DNA of 64,000 nucleotides from the NCBI GenBank assembly GCA_050290185.1, contig JBNKHE010000003.1:270729-334728 (forward strand). The letters are read 5' to 3'. Source of the stretch: Pontiella sp. (GTDB taxonomy: Bacteria; Verrucomicrobiota; Kiritimatiellia; Kiritimatiellales; Pontiellaceae). Shown in pieces: positions 22,338 to 32,714 of the stretch. Each line of letters opens with the position of its first letter. Position 1 is the stretch's first letter. The notes below the pieces were generated by a model. It saw nothing but the letters and a program-made list of their open reading frames with translations, was not told the DNA's origin and did no database searches. A program made the position numbers and the translations under genes.

Positions 22338-23027
22338 GTGAAGCCAATGAAAAAACGAGTAATCACATTGTATCTGGCTGCGTTGGTTGTTTCGGCGGGC
22401 GCAGGCAGCTTTGAAACCGAAGACCTATTTTCGATTGCCTTGCCCAAAGGCTGGGTGCGGATGCCTGATGATGTGCTGGTTAGCTATGCAGAGGCGGCGG
22501 CAGAAACAGCATCGGAAGAGCCCGCTCAGGTGTATGATTATGGATTTCAGCTTTCATCGTCGGAAGAGTGGTTTTCATATCCGTGCATCCTCGTTCAGGT
22601 GAAAAATATTGGACGGTTTTCAACCGGTGATCTGGAGCGTTTTGCCGAGAGTACGGAAGGCAGCACTTCTCAGCTGAACGATGATAAATCCCTGATTATA
22701 GAGGTTCATGAGCGAGACGGCATTGATGTTTTGGTTGGCCGGCAACTGACGGAATATGGGTATATTGAACTCAGTGGATTCGCTCCGGCCGATACGTTTT
22801 CCGAGTATGAAGGGGTGTTCCGGGAGGCATTTTCCAACCTTAAGCTTGATGATCGCATCCTGTACAAGCCTCGGATTACCGACAATGCGCCGGTTATAGG
22901 CAATATAAACCTGGGAAAGGTTTTCCTCGTCTGCCTGCAGGCAGCGGTGGTCGGTGGTGTATTATGGCTGATCTATGGCCTGCTCAAGCGACTTCTGAAA
23001 CGGAAAGACGCCGTTCAAAACGCCTAG
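22338..23027 (+). CDS. Hypothetical exported protein with C-terminal TM anchor
   Basis: N-terminal signal peptide; C-terminal hydrophobic helix followed by basic tail. Confidence 0.65.
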   Translation: MKPMKKRVITLYLAALVVSAGAGSFETEDLFSIALPKGWVRMPDDVLVSYAEAAAETASEEPAQVYDYGFQLSSSEEWFSYPCILVQVKNIGRFSTGDLERFAESTEGSTSQLNDDKSLIIEVHERDGIDVLVGRQLTEYGYIELSGFAPADTFSEYEGVFREAFSNLKLDDRILYKPRITDNAPVIGNINLGKVFLVCLQAAVVGGVLWLIYGLLKRLLKRKDAVQNA

Positions 23028-23078
23028 CCGGCTGAAGCCAATTCGTCCCATATGTCCGCCGCGCGAGGATGGGCGAAC

Positions 23079-24311
23079 CTATTGATTTAACAGATGGGCA
23101 AACCGGTATCCGACCAGGCATACGTCATCGTCGAAATTGCCTCCGTCTGCAAATACGCTGATGTCCTTCATAAGCTGAGGGAACATGTCGCGGATCTTTA
23201 ATTCACGGTATTGGTTCGTGAGCTTCAGCAGGCGTTCTTTTCCGAGTTCTTCATGATCCGGGTTCTTTACGGTATAAAGCCCGTCAGTATACATGATAAT
23301 CGCGTCATCGGGATGAAGCGTGTGCTTGATGGTTTTGTAAGTGGCCTGGGCGTCTATAGCCAGGGCCGGACCGGAGTTCTCCGGCTCATCCGTCAACCAT
23401 TCGGCGGTATTGTCCCTGGTGTTGAGCAGAATGGGTACCGGATGAGCGGCATTCGCATAGCGTACTGTGCTCTTGGAAACATCCAGGATCATGTAGCAGG
23501 CTGTGGCGGACAGGCATAGGTCGCCTTCCTGGATAATCGGTTTCAAAACCTTGTTCATATGCTCCAGAAACCGACCCGGATCCTTTTCCTTTAACGAGAT
23601 TTCTTCCACGATGGCGCGCATCAGTCCCGTGATTAATGACGAACGGACGCCGTGACCCGCAACGTCGCACAATAGAATGCCTGCTTCGGTTTCCGACAGT
23701 TTCCGCACGGAGCAGAAATCACCGCCTACCGATCCGGTGGAATGGTAGAGGTGGCAAAAGCGCGCAGCGCTTTGCTCTGGATCTATGCCGTCAGGGAACG
23801 TTGGATAGGAATTTGGAAAAAAGGTTTTCTGCAGCTCGGTTGCCATTTGGAGATCGCTCTCCATCTCGTCACACAGCCGTCGGTTTTCTTCAGCATACTT
23901 TGCGGCGAGAAGTTCAGTTTTCTTGATTTCAGTTATGTCCCGCGAAATTCCAAAGGTTCCGATAATTTCGCCGGAGTCGTTTCGTAGCGGCATCTTTGTG
24001 GTTGATACCCATGTTTCATGACCGTCCGCCCAGGTTTCTTTCTCCTCTTTTCCCACCATCGGAACACCGGATTCGATAATCAGCTGCTCGTCTTCCATGG
24101 CATCGCGGCTATGTTCATCGGTAAAGATATCAAGGTCTGTTTTGCCAATCAGTTCTTTGGGGAATTTGCACCCGGCACGTTTGGCTCCTTCCTCGTTAAT
24201 GAGGATGAAGTGACCTTCACGGTCTTTGAAATAGATGTTGTCCTTGATGTGGTGCATCAAGTGATCCATCAGAGTCGATTCATCGGGTGCTTCTGCCATT
24301 ACGTACTCCAT
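23079..24311 (-). CDS. PAS-domain PP2C/SpoIIE (RsbU-like) phosphatase
   Basis: PAS-PAC (IYFKD..., GISRDITE), VGGDF, CDVAGHG, YTDGL, DDVC. Confidence 0.9.
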   Translation of the reverse strand: MEYVMAEAPDESTLMDHLMHHIKDNIYFKDREGHFILINEEGAKRAGCKFPKELIGKTDLDIFTDEHSRDAMEDEQLIIESGVPMVGKEEKETWADGHETWVSTTKMPLRNDSGEIIGTFGISRDITEIKKTELLAAKYAEENRRLCDEMESDLQMATELQKTFFPNSYPTFPDGIDPEQSAARFCHLYHSTGSVGGDFCSVRKLSETEAGILLCDVAGHGVRSSLITGLMRAIVEEISLKEKDPGRFLEHMNKVLKPIIQEGDLCLSATACYMILDVSKSTVRYANAAHPVPILLNTRDNTAEWLTDEPENSGPALAIDAQATYKTIKHTLHPDDAIIMYTDGLYTVKNPDHEELGKERLLKLTNQYRELKIRDMFPQLMKDISVFADGGNFDDDVCLVGYRFAHLLNQ

Positions 24312-24382
24312 CCCATCTTTCGAATGCTACAAATTGTAGGGAATGAAAAGTCGCGTGGCAATAAGGGATAGGAGGAATGAAA

Positions 24383-25081
24383 CTAGTCGTCCCTGCCACC
24401 GAGCAGACCTAGGCGCATCATATAATAGAGCAGGGTGAGCAGGGCGGAGACCGCGGCGGCGATGTAGGTCAGAAAAGCGGCATCCAGCACCTTGCCGGCA
24501 TCCACAGCCTCAGATGGTGCTACGATACCGTCCGTCACCATCTGGCGCTTGGCGCGGGCGGAGGCGTCCCATTCCACCGGCAGGGTAACCAGAGCGAAGA
24601 GGAAGCCGATGCCGAACAGCCACACACCGAGCTGGGCCATCAGCATGCTGTGCATCAGGACGCCGAGTACGATGATGATATAGGCGCCATAGGAGCTGAA
24701 CTGCGTGACCGGAACCATTCCGCTGCGGATTTTCAAGGGCACATAGTCGTGGGCGTGCTGGAGTGCATGTCCCGCTTCGTGGCAGGCCACACCAATAGCC
24801 GAGAGCGACTGCGAATCGTGAACATCGGGAGACAGATTGAGGGTTCGGTTGGCTGGATTGTAGTGGTCGGAAAGGAATCCGCGTACCCGCCGTATCTCCA
24901 CGTCGTGAAGACCATTGGCATTGAGCATGCGCCGCGCGGCCTGCGCTCCGGTCAGTCGCGAGCTGGCAGCGACGCGACTATATTTATTGAAGGTCCCCTT
25001 GGTCTTTGCGGATGCAATTCCCGCCAGGATCAAGGCTGGAAGCATGATGATCAGATACATGGGATCGAAATACATAAACAT
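24383..25081 (-). CDS. Zinc metallopeptidase (YugP-like)
   Basis: LSDHYNP, HEAGHALQH, LPVEWDAS, AFLTY. Confidence 0.9.
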   Translation of the reverse strand: MFMYFDPMYLIIMLPALILAGIASAKTKGTFNKYSRVAASSRLTGAQAARRMLNANGLHDVEIRRVRGFLSDHYNPANRTLNLSPDVHDSQSLSAIGVACHEAGHALQHAHDYVPLKIRSGMVPVTQFSSYGAYIIIVLGVLMHSMLMAQLGVWLFGIGFLFALVTLPVEWDASARAKRQMVTDGIVAPSEAVDAGKVLDAAFLTYIAAAVSALLTLLYYMMRLGLLGGRDD

Positions 25082-25294
25082 GGTAAAAACTCCTGCTTAA
25101 AAAATGTTTCGGAATCAGACGTCTTCACGCGCGGAATGTTCAAAAACACAGGAAATATGCGGATCTTTTACGAACTTGGCAATGGATTTTGGCCCGCGGA
25201 ATTTAATGCTCTAGGCAGGCTTGACGGAGTCCGTGATCTAGGGCACGGTGCGTCTTTCTAACTCAACCCGAACATAACCCGAGGACGGTATGTT

Positions 25295-27190
25295 ATGAGC
25301 GATTGGATCGGCCACGAGTGCGGTATTGCTGCCATACGATTGTTAAAACCCCTGGACTACTACATCGAGAAATACGGTTCCCCGATGTATGCGGTGAACA
25401 AACTCACCCTGCTGATGGAAAAACAGCATAACCGCGGGCAAGATGGCGCCGGCGTCGCTTCCATCAAACTCGACATGCCTCCGGGAGAACCCTACATCTT
25501 CCGCACCCGCTCTGCCGACAAGGACCCCATCATGCACGTCCGGAACCGTCTGGTGCAGGCGTTTGCCGACGCCCGGGAAAAGCATCCGGCCGAATACCAG
25601 AGCGGGGAGTGGGTCAAGCAGCATGTTCTGTTTGCCGGTGAGCTCCTGCTTGGCCATTTGCGCTACGGTACCCATGGTGCTTCAGGCGAATCGTTCTGCC
25701 ATCCCTTTTTGCGCCAAAACAACTGGATGACCCGCAACCTGGTCGTAGCCGGCAATTTCAATCTCACCAACAACAATGAGCTCTTCGATATGCTCGTTGA
25801 GCTGGGACAGCATCCGCGCAACAAAACCGATACCGTCATGGTGCTCGAAAAAATCGGACACTTCCTCGACGAAGCCAACGACTTCCTGTTCCGCAAATAC
25901 CGCAAGGAAGGACTGAGCCGCGCGGAGATTACCGCAAAGATCATCAAGGAACTCGATGTCTACCGTATTCTAAAGAAGGCCACGCGATCCTTCGATGGCG
26001 GTTACGTGATGGCCGGCATGATCGGCCACGGAGACCTGTTTGTTTTGCGCGATCCCAACGGCATCCGTCCGGCATTCTACTACCAGGATGAGGAAATCGT
26101 GGCCATCGCTTCCGAGCGTCCGCAATTGCAAACCGCCTTGAATGTTCCGATCGGATCCATCCGCGAAATCGAACCCGGCCATGCGCTGGTGGTCAAACAT
26201 TCCGGTGAAGTTACGATGAATGTGGTCAATGAACCGGGACCGAAATCGCCATGCTCCTTCGAACGCATTTATTTCTCGCGCGGTACCGACAAGGATATTT
26301 ACCAGGAACGCAAAAATCTGGGCCGCTCGCTGGTTCGTCCCGTGCTCGATGCCGTCGACTATGATCTCGAAAATACCGTCTTTTCCTATATTCCCAATAC
26401 CGCCGAAACCGCCTTTTTCGGGTTGGTCGAAGGCGTGAAAGAGGTCGTGGGCGAACGCATGAAGTATCATCTGCTGCGCGAAAACCGCCTCACCGCCGAT
26501 CGTATCGACGAGTTGCTCTCTTTTCAGCCGCGTGTAGAAAAGGTGATGACCAAGGATGCAAAGTTGCGAACCTTCATTACGGCCGATACCGACCGGGAAG
26601 ATCTTGTGGCGCAAGTCTATGATACCACGTACGGTCTTGTGAAACCGAAGGATACGCTCGTGGTACTGGATGACTCCATCGTCCGCGGTACCACGCTTCG
26701 CAGCAGCATCCTGCGCATTCTCGACCGGTTAGGCATGAAGAAGGTCGTAATCGTTTCTTCCGCTCCGCAGATCCGCTTTCCGGACTGCTACGGTATTGAT
26801 ATGTCGAAAATGAAGGACTTCGTGGCCTTCGAGGCAGGCGTTGCTTTGATCCGCGAGACTGGCCGAGAAGCCATGTTGGACGACATCTATGCCGCCTGCA
26901 AGCAGGACGAAAAGAAGCCGGTTGCGGAGGCAAAAAACCAGGTGACCCGGCTCTTCGACCCGTTCTCGGACCAGCAGGTGTCGGACAAAATTGCGGAAAT
27001 CCTGACGCCGGTCGGCATGAAAGCCGAGGTACAGATCATTTATCAAAGCGTTCAGGGGCTCCACGAAGCCTGTCCCGGACACAAAGGCGACTGGTACTTT
27101 ACCGGCAACTATCCCACTCCCGGAGGCCACCGCGTGGCCAACCGCTCCTTTATCAACTTCATGGAGAAGAGCGATGCGAGAGCCTACTAG
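25295..27190 (+). CDS. purF: Amidophosphoribosyltransferase (long, class II GATase + PRT)
   Basis: HECG, QHNRGQDGAG, GHLRY, CSFERIYF, DDSIVRGTT, YGIDM. Confidence 0.88.
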   Translation: MSDWIGHECGIAAIRLLKPLDYYIEKYGSPMYAVNKLTLLMEKQHNRGQDGAGVASIKLDMPPGEPYIFRTRSADKDPIMHVRNRLVQAFADAREKHPAEYQSGEWVKQHVLFAGELLLGHLRYGTHGASGESFCHPFLRQNNWMTRNLVVAGNFNLTNNNELFDMLVELGQHPRNKTDTVMVLEKIGHFLDEANDFLFRKYRKEGLSRAEITAKIIKELDVYRILKKATRSFDGGYVMAGMIGHGDLFVLRDPNGIRPAFYYQDEEIVAIASERPQLQTALNVPIGSIREIEPGHALVVKHSGEVTMNVVNEPGPKSPCSFERIYFSRGTDKDIYQERKNLGRSLVRPVLDAVDYDLENTVFSYIPNTAETAFFGLVEGVKEVVGERMKYHLLRENRLTADRIDELLSFQPRVEKVMTKDAKLRTFITADTDREDLVAQVYDTTYGLVKPKDTLVVLDDSIVRGTTLRSSILRILDRLGMKKVVIVSSAPQIRFPDCYGIDMSKMKDFVAFEAGVALIRETGREAMLDDIYAACKQDEKKPVAEAKNQVTRLFDPFSDQQVSDKIAEILTPVGMKAEVQIIYQSVQGLHEACPGHKGDWYFTGNYPTPGGHRVANRSFINFMEKSDARAY

Positions 27191-27283
27191 GCTCTCGCAG
27201 TTATCAGTTGTTGGTAAATAATTGAAAGACCGGGGAGTTCGATGGTTCTTGCTGATAATCAATAGCAATTAACCATGAACTAT

Positions 27284-28114
27284 TTATCTCAGTTTTAGCT
27301 GCGCCAAACAGCGTTTGAAATCACCGGGCAGGGGCGCCGTTGCGCGGATGGACTCCCCGGTTTTGGGGTGGGGGAAGATCAGGCGGTAGGCGTGCAGCAT
27401 CTGCCTCGGTTGTTCCAGCGAAAGCTCATTGCCGGTTCCCGCATATTTTTTGTCGCCCAAAACAGGATGGCGCTTGTCGGCCAAGTGGCGGCGGATCTGG
27501 TGGGTGCGGCCCGTTTCGATGCGCAGTTCGAGATAGCTTGCATGTTTGTTGCTGTCGAGCAGTTTAACCAGGGTGGTGGACATGTATCCGTCGATATCCG
27601 TGCGGATTTCTTTCCAGTTGGCGGAAAACTTTCCGATGGTGACAGCACGGTAGATCTTCATGATGTCGCGTCCCTGGAACATGGGAATCATGGCGGCCTT
27701 GGCTTCGGCGCTCTTGGCGAAGATGACGCAGCCGGAGGTTTCCTTGTCGAGCCGGTGGACGGCGCAGATATGGCGGTTCTTTTCCTGTTTTTGCAGTTTG
27801 GCTTCGAGACTATCGTCCGATGCGTTGGTGAGCGTGAAGGCGGGCTTGTTGACAATCAGATAGTCGCTATCCTGCCACAGGATGGCGATTTTCTTAGGCT
27901 GGGTAGGGGCGCGCTCCTCGATCAGGATTTCAACGAGGTCGTTTTCCATCACTTCGTGTTTGCGGATCCAGACGCGTTTTCCGTTCACAAGCACATGCTT
28001 GTTATCGATAGCGGCCTGGGCCTGCTTTTTTGAGATGCCCAGCTCTTCCGCGATTACCGCAAAGAGGCGCATGCCCTCGTATCTGTATTTGACCTTGAAT
28101 GATTGTCTTTTCAT
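27284..28114 (-). CDS. RluA-family pseudouridine synthase
   Basis: VNKP, HRLDKETSG, TGRTHQIR, LHA. Confidence 0.92.
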   Translation of the reverse strand: MKRQSFKVKYRYEGMRLFAVIAEELGISKKQAQAAIDNKHVLVNGKRVWIRKHEVMENDLVEILIEERAPTQPKKIAILWQDSDYLIVNKPAFTLTNASDDSLEAKLQKQEKNRHICAVHRLDKETSGCVIFAKSAEAKAAMIPMFQGRDIMKIYRAVTIGKFSANWKEIRTDIDGYMSTTLVKLLDSNKHASYLELRIETGRTHQIRRHLADKRHPVLGDKKYAGTGNELSLEQPRQMLHAYRLIFPHPKTGESIRATAPLPGDFKRCLAQLKLR

Positions 28115-28297
28115 GAAATATCCATTTTGGGGGAAAGAGCAGAACAATAGGGCCAACGTACTCCAATGCACAACGGCATTTTTAATAAAGCTGTCCGCCT
28201 CCGGGGCTCGTTTCGTTATTTCATTGCCCACCTGCAACGAGGAGGGCATATTCAGCGCCGTTTTGAGAGAAAATGAACCTTCATCAAGGAGATCAAC

Positions 28298-29950
28298 ATG
28301 GAACAATTAAAGAAAAACGAAGCTTTCAGCGGTCCGGAAGGTCCGGTTGTGCTGGTGATCATGGACGGCGTCGGCATCGGTAAGAATCCGGCCAGCGACT
28401 ATGTGAAAATCGCGAATACTCCGAATCTGGACTGGTTGCGCGAGCACGCTGCGGTCTACTCCGAACTCAAGGCGCACGGCAAGGCGGTGGGTTTGCCGGA
28501 CGATTCCGACATGGGGAACTCCGAAGTAGGTCACAATGCCATTGGCTGTGGTCGCGTATTCGAGCAGGGTGCGGCACTGGTTGGTCAGGCCATTCGCTCC
28601 GGTTCCATGTTCGAGGACCAAGCATGGCAGGAGTTGGTAAGCAACGTGAATGCGAAGAATTCTGCGCTGCATTTCATCGGGCTCTTTTCCGACGGAAACG
28701 TCCATTCCAATATCGCTCATCTCGAAGCCATGCTCAACAGGGCCAAGGAAGAAGGCGTAAAAAAGGCCCGTATCCATGCCCTGATCGATGGCCGCGACGT
28801 GCCGCCGACCTCCTGTCTTGAGTATGTCGAGCGCTTTGAAAACTTTCTGGCCGGAATCAATGCTGATGGGGCCGTGGATTATTGCGTTGCGTCCGGCGGC
28901 GGACGCATGAACATTACGATGGACCGCTACAATGCCGACTGGAGCATGGTCGAACGCGGCTGGAACGCCCATGTGAAAGCAGAAGGACGTACGTTTGCTT
29001 CCATGAAAGAAGCGGTCGAAACCTTCCGTAAGGAAAAGCCGGGCATTCTCGATCAGGATCTGCCGGCTTTCGTGATTGAGCGTGACGGTGAAGTGGTCGG
29101 ACCCGTTGTCGATGGCGACAGCGTGATCTTTTTCAACTTCCGTGGCGACCGTTCGCTGGAAATCACCAAGGCGTTCGAAGCCGATGACCTGACCGAATTC
29201 AACCGCGGTCCGAAACCGGATGTGCTTTATGCCGGCATGATGGAATATGACGGCGACCTGAAGGTTCCGAAGCGCTATCTTGTTTCACCGCCGGCGATCG
29301 ACCGGACGATGAGCCAGTATCTTTCCATCGAAGGGGTGAAGCAGTTCGCCATTTCCGAAACGCAGAAGTTTGGTCACGTGACTTACTTCTTCAACGGCAA
29401 CAACTCCAGTAAGTTCCCGACTGAAACCTGGATGGAAATTCCATCGGATGTTTGCCCTTTCGAAGACGCGCCGGCCATGAAGGCTGTCGAAGTGACCGAT
29501 GAAGTGGTCAAGGCTATCGAAGGCGGCGAATACAAGTTTATCCGCCTGAACTACCCGAACGGCGACATGGTCGGCCACACCGGTGTGGTTGAGGCGGTTA
29601 AGCAGGCTGTGGAAGCGGTCGATGAAGGATTGGGCCGGATCATGGAAGCACTCAAAAAGGCCAACGGCATTCTGGTTTGCTCCGCCGACCACGGCAACTC
29701 GGACGATATGTGCGAACTGGACAAGAAGACCCACGAACTGAAACTTGACGATGAGGGCAAGTGCAAGCCGAAGACGGCGCACTCGCTCAATCCGGTTCCG
29801 GCGATTGTGTACGATCCGTCCGGAGCTTCCAATGCCCGCAAAGCGGACGTGGAGGGGGCGGGCATCGCAAACCTCGCGGCCACCTGCATTACGCTGCTGG
29901 GATTCGTGCCGCCTGACGACTACACGCCAAGCATCGTCGAAGTCGGCTAG
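28298..29950 (+). CDS. gpmI: 2,3-bisphosphoglycerate-independent phosphoglycerate mutase
   Basis: MGNSEVGH, DGRD, NFRGDR, DMVGHTG, ADHGN. Confidence 0.97.
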   Translation: MEQLKKNEAFSGPEGPVVLVIMDGVGIGKNPASDYVKIANTPNLDWLREHAAVYSELKAHGKAVGLPDDSDMGNSEVGHNAIGCGRVFEQGAALVGQAIRSGSMFEDQAWQELVSNVNAKNSALHFIGLFSDGNVHSNIAHLEAMLNRAKEEGVKKARIHALIDGRDVPPTSCLEYVERFENFLAGINADGAVDYCVASGGGRMNITMDRYNADWSMVERGWNAHVKAEGRTFASMKEAVETFRKEKPGILDQDLPAFVIERDGEVVGPVVDGDSVIFFNFRGDRSLEITKAFEADDLTEFNRGPKPDVLYAGMMEYDGDLKVPKRYLVSPPAIDRTMSQYLSIEGVKQFAISETQKFGHVTYFFNGNNSSKFPTETWMEIPSDVCPFEDAPAMKAVEVTDEVVKAIEGGEYKFIRLNYPNGDMVGHTGVVEAVKQAVEAVDEGLGRIMEALKKANGILVCSADHGNSDDMCELDKKTHELKLDDEGKCKPKTAHSLNPVPAIVYDPSGASNARKADVEGAGIANLAATCITLLGFVPPDDYTPSIVEVG

Positions 29951-29976
29951 ACGATTAAGCTAAATGCCCTTGGAGC

Positions 29977-30017
29977 AAAGGCCGCAAAGATCCGGGACGG
30001 ATTTCTTTGCGGTCTTT
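29977..30017 (+). terminator. Probable intrinsic terminator after gpmI
   Basis: AAAGGCCGCAAAGA ... TCTTTGCGGTCTTT inverted repeat. Confidence 0.65.
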
Positions 30018-30047
30018 GTGGTCTTCTGATAAACGTTATTCTGAAAC

Positions 30048-30548
30048 ATGAAAAGAATCATTCACTATCTTGCAGCTCTTCTACTGGTCTCCGGTTTGGG
30101 CTATGCACAAGAGAACTCTACCAACTCGCTTTCCTCTTCCTCGCTGGAAGATTATGTGGATCCCGGTGCGGAGATTCTGGGCGAGGGTGCTCACTATCAG
30201 TACTATGATGAGGACGGCGATCTCAGGGCACAGCTGTACGGCGGCCAGCTTAGAAATCTGGGTGAAGGCAAGGTAGACGTGACCGATGTCCGCATCGATG
30301 TTTACGAAAAAGGAGTTGTGGTCATGACGATCTATGCTCCGCAGTGCGTGATGCACGTAGAGGAGCACGGGAAGAAGAATGTTCTGCTGGTTGATTCGGA
30401 AGGCGATGTGTTGATTGATTCGGATCGGATGACGATTGCCGGACGCGGCTTTAGGTTTTCTTCCCATAGCAACCGGTTTGAAATCCTGTCCGAAGCAAAA
30501 GTGCTGGTGAAGGACTCGACCCGGAATTTAAAGGGACTGGAGTTATGA
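30048..30548 (+). CDS. LptC-like LPS export protein
   Basis: Signal/anchor and beta-jellyroll-like pattern; first gene before lptA/lptB. Confidence 0.6.
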   Translation: MKRIIHYLAALLLVSGLGYAQENSTNSLSSSSLEDYVDPGAEILGEGAHYQYYDEDGDLRAQLYGGQLRNLGEGKVDVTDVRIDVYEKGVVVMTIYAPQCVMHVEEHGKKNVLLVDSEGDVLIDSDRMTIAGRGFRFSSHSNRFEILSEAKVLVKDSTRNLKGLEL

Positions 30549-31627
30549 GCAGGTATCTGGCCCCAATCCTAATCACCTGTTGTATGGTGCTCGTTATTTC
30601 GTGTTCGAAGCGCGAGAAGTCCGATCCCAATGCCGAAGAGTGGATCAATATTGAAGCTATGGCCGACGATGCTGAAATCGTGCCTGCAACCCCTATCTCC
30701 AATACCCCGGTTTCCACCGTTTCCGGAAAGTCTGAACCAGTAGGGGACTTTGATGGTTTCAGGCAACGGCTGGAAGAAATGAAGTCGATTGAGCGTAAGC
30801 CGGGGCAGACCATGCTGACCGGGGAGGGCCTTGTGTTGGACTATCAGGCACGGTTGGTCCAGATGGATGGCGATGTGCTGGTCGACGACGATGAGGGCCA
30901 GCTTCGCGCCGAAACCCTGACCGGCCGCTTTTCAAGCTTGAACCAGATAGAACATATCGAGGCCGCCGGCGGCATCACGATTGTTTCCGGCAATCGGACT
31001 GCCCGCGCAGACGCGGCGGTCTACAATTATCTGGACAGTACCGTCGAGCTGAATGGGCAGGCCACCATCTCAGAGGGCGGAAACAGCCTGTCGGGTGAGA
31101 GCGTCCGGTTCTGGATCAAGGGCGACCGTAGAATGATTTGCGAACCCAATGCGGTCTTGGTGGTGTCGGGCCAGTCCGGAATCGGTATGGGTGGCATTCC
31201 GGAGGAGGTCGGGGCTACGGAAATCCGCGCCAATCAAGTGATTTACGATGAGAGCATTCATCGGGTAGATCTGGAGGGAAACGTTCGGTTGCGCAACGCC
31301 CGGATCGCCATGAATTGCGGCGCGACCCATCTGTACCTGAAAGATGACAATAAAATAGATTGGATCGAAGCCATTGACGGGGTAATAATCCAATCAGACG
31401 ACAGGAAGGCGCTGGCAGATAGAGCAGTATATGAGGCGGATGAAGGGAAGTTTACACTGGAAGGACGCCCGATGGTGAAGCAGGGACGAAGTGTGATGAC
31501 CGGCGACCGGATACGATTCTGGCATGAAACAGGGGCTGTTCTTTGCGAGCCCAACGGTCACATTCTTTATTATTATGACTTGGATGAGGAAACACAGGCC
31601 CGGTTTCCCAAAGATTTGAATGATTGA
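30545..31627 (+). CDS. lptA: LptA/OstA-family protein (two OstA repeats)
   Basis: Repeated 'A.AD.AVY....LEG.P.V.QG...M.G..I.FW' units; upstream of lptB. Confidence 0.75.
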   Translation: MSRYLAPILITCCMVLVISCSKREKSDPNAEEWINIEAMADDAEIVPATPISNTPVSTVSGKSEPVGDFDGFRQRLEEMKSIERKPGQTMLTGEGLVLDYQARLVQMDGDVLVDDDEGQLRAETLTGRFSSLNQIEHIEAAGGITIVSGNRTARADAAVYNYLDSTVELNGQATISEGGNSLSGESVRFWIKGDRRMICEPNAVLVVSGQSGIGMGGIPEEVGATEIRANQVIYDESIHRVDLEGNVRLRNARIAMNCGATHLYLKDDNKIDWIEAIDGVIIQSDDRKALADRAVYEADEGKFTLEGRPMVKQGRSVMTGDRIRFWHETGAVLCEPNGHILYYYDLDEETQARFPKDLND

Positions 31628-32366
31628 AATGGAAGCAGAACAATCCTACCTGATCCGAACGGAAAAACTGGTTAAGGCATACAAGGGCCGGAAAGTCGTT
31701 CGCGAGGTTGAAATTAATGTAAAGGCTGGCGAAATCGTGGGTCTGCTCGGGCCGAATGGTGCGGGCAAGACCACCAGTTTCTACATGATCGTCGGTTTGA
31801 TTCGGCCCTCGAACGGCAAGGTGTTTTTCAACGGGAAGAATGTAACCAATGTCCCCATGTACAAGCGTGCCCGAATGGGTATGGGCTACCTCTCGCAGGA
31901 GCCTTCCATATTCAGAAAACTGACGGTGCAGGAAAACGTAATGGCGATACTCGAAACCCTCCCCATTTCCGGCAAGGAGCGCAAGCGGCGCCTGCACCAG
32001 CTGTTGGAGGAATTGAATATCGGTCATCTGGCGAAGCAACGCGCGTATACGCTGAGTGGCGGCGAACGTCGCCGGTTGGAAATTACGCGGGCATTGGTGA
32101 CCAATCCCTCGATTATTCTTCTGGATGAACCCTTTAGCGGCGTGGATCCATTGGCGGTTCACGATGTGCAGGATATCGTACGGGAATTGCGCGACAAGGG
32201 GTTGGGTGTACTGATTACAGACCACAACGTTCGCGAGACCCTGGCAGTAGTGGATCGCGCCTATCTGCTCTGCGAAGGACAGGTGCTGCGTGAGGGGAAC
32301 AGCGATTTCTTAGTCAACGACGAGGTGAGCCGTGAACTCTATCTGGGTCCGCGGTTCAGTATGTAA
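31620..32366 (+). CDS. lptB: LPS export ABC transporter ATPase
   Basis: GPNGAGKTT, QEPSIFRKL, LSGGERRR, DEPF, TDHNVRETL. Confidence 0.97.
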   Translation: MIEMEAEQSYLIRTEKLVKAYKGRKVVREVEINVKAGEIVGLLGPNGAGKTTSFYMIVGLIRPSNGKVFFNGKNVTNVPMYKRARMGMGYLSQEPSIFRKLTVQENVMAILETLPISGKERKRRLHQLLEELNIGHLAKQRAYTLSGGERRRLEITRALVTNPSIILLDEPFSGVDPLAVHDVQDIVRELRDKGLGVLITDHNVRETLAVVDRAYLLCEGQVLREGNSDFLVNDEVSRELYLGPRFSM

Positions 32367-32386
32367 CATAACCGAAAGGAGCAGCC

Positions 32387-32683
32387 ATGCAGATTAGTAT
32401 TACAGGACGGCATGTCACGGTAACCGACAACGTCAAGGCTCATGTCAACGAGAAGCTTGAGCGAAGTCTGGGTTTGTTCCCTCGCATAGAATCCATCCAC
32501 GTCATACTGGATGAGGAAAAGATTAACAAAGTGGCTGAAGTGGTGATTCAGGCCGCGAATCATATTCGGATCTCTTCAACCGAAAAATCCGAAAACCTCT
32601 ACGATGCAATCGACCGCTCCATAGAACATGCCGAACGGCAGATGCGCAAGCAGCGGGATAAAATTCAGGAACATCACAAGTAG
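32387..32683 (+). CDS. raiA: Ribosome hibernation factor HPF/RaiA
   Basis: MQISITGRH, LYDAID, RQMRK. Confidence 0.9.
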   Translation: MQISITGRHVTVTDNVKAHVNEKLERSLGLFPRIESIHVILDEEKINKVAEVVIQAANHIRISSTEKSENLYDAIDRSIEHAERQMRKQRDKIQEHHK

Positions 32684-32714
32684 GATCTAAACAAGACGTA
32701 TCAGGAGGTGAGCG

